Position numbers and translations under genes: made by a program. This document shows positions 62,915 through 64,000 of a stretch of DNA of 64,000 nucleotides, piece after piece (positions within the stretch are counted from its first letter, which is position 1; every line of letters begins with the position of its first letter). The stretch is from Squalus acanthias. Lineage: Eukaryota. The DNA lies in the NCBI GenBank assembly GCA_030390025.1, contig CM059432.1:133116001-133180000 (forward strand), in the 5' to 3' direction. The notes under the pieces are model-generated. The model was not told where the DNA came from. It was given only the letters and a program-made list of their open reading frames with translations, and ran no database searches.

Positions 62915-64000
62915 TTTTGGTTACACTCCAGGTTGAAAGTGAGGCAGTATTAATAAAGTGTACGAAGTAATCTTTTTGTTTACACATGTCAGCTAACTTA
63001 GGAACAGATCGACTTTCTCCTCGACCTTCTGTTATGCAGGCAAACTTACTATAGCATGGCTTTGCTTAGAATGGGCAGTGGTCCTCTTTAATCATGGCAT
63101 TGGTTGCACCCCATTTTAACAATGAATGCTGCCTTTTGGACCTTTATTTCAAGCACTGATCACAATTTATGATCAAATCAGTTCACTTCAAATAGCCCCA
63201 CAGCAGCATCATTGTACAGAGGACAACTGGGAGGCTTGAGTTTGTGATGTGGAACATGGAGAAAAGAACAAACCTGTAGTTCTCATAGGGGAGCTCAAAA
63301 CCGGATTGTAGCTGTAAAATGATCATTATTATGGATATAAATCTATAGGCAAAATGTATTTTCTGCAATGTAGGCTGAAGTGGAAAGAAAAATAATAAGT
63401 GAACTGTGTCTTTGGAGATTCAGAGTACTAAGACTACAACTTGTCTTAGAGGACGCATAAATCCATAGAGCCATGTACAGCCATGTTGCATCCTAGAACC
63501 GAGACTATCACGAGGCAGTCTCAAGCCATGCTGAACTCTCAGTGAATCATGGGGCCAGCTCATTTAAACATCTATTAGGATTGACTGAGCACAACCCCAA
63601 TGCAACATGGGCGTACTACATTGGGGGGAAAGGAAATTGCAGGTGCATGCCTTTAAAAAAGCCTAAATTGGCTTAGAAAGATTTCAGCTGCAGGTTAGAG
63701 GAGCAGCAGGTAAGCAGTGACCATTTTGCAAGGCTGAGATAACTGTCAAGTAGCTACAATGGGTGACTCTTGCATGATCTTGTGTCATTGTTAAAGCACG
63801 TCTTCAAGTGGAACCTGCCAGAGATACCAAAAGAAGGGAGCAGGGCATTAGAAACAGGCAGAAGAGAAGAGCACACCTTTTCAATGAGATTGACTTGCAG
63901 CCATTCTTGGATGAAATGCATCATCCAAGAATGGCTGCAAGGTGCCCGTAGGAAGAAACCTCAGAAAAGTGTCTTGCACGCCTTGTGGAGGGAGGTTGTT

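Noticed and set aside
1..64000. CRISPR array or prokaryotic operon
   Set aside because: No repeat-spacer array; the content is vertebrate-type repeats and spliced genes

Overview
Eukaryotic, repeat-dense genomic DNA. The repeat set (CR1 LINEs, Deu-domain and V-type SINEs, Penelope-like elements, Harbinger transposons) points to a cartilaginous fish, probably a shark; this is an inference. Main contents: (1) an apparently intact autonomous PIF/Harbinger transposon (55954-60046; DDE transposase plus a 3-exon Myb/SANT gene) and a related 893-bp non-autonomous copy, inserted 8 bp apart in the microsatellite tail of a near-full-length CR1; (2) a second, transposase-less Harbinger (20709-23902); (3) a ~2-kb head-to-head Penelope palindrome and two ~190-bp Penelope mini-palindromes, all carrying minimal hammerhead ribozyme motifs, plus a second Penelope family with its own hammerhead; (4) many CR1/L2 fragments, SINEs, MITEs and a solo LTR, often nested; (5) a U-UUA-AAC slippery site joining CR1 ORF1 to the ORF2 frame; (6) a tentative, unidentified spliced host gene on the + strand. 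All calls were made by eye, with no database searches. Repeat boundaries without a TSD are approximate.
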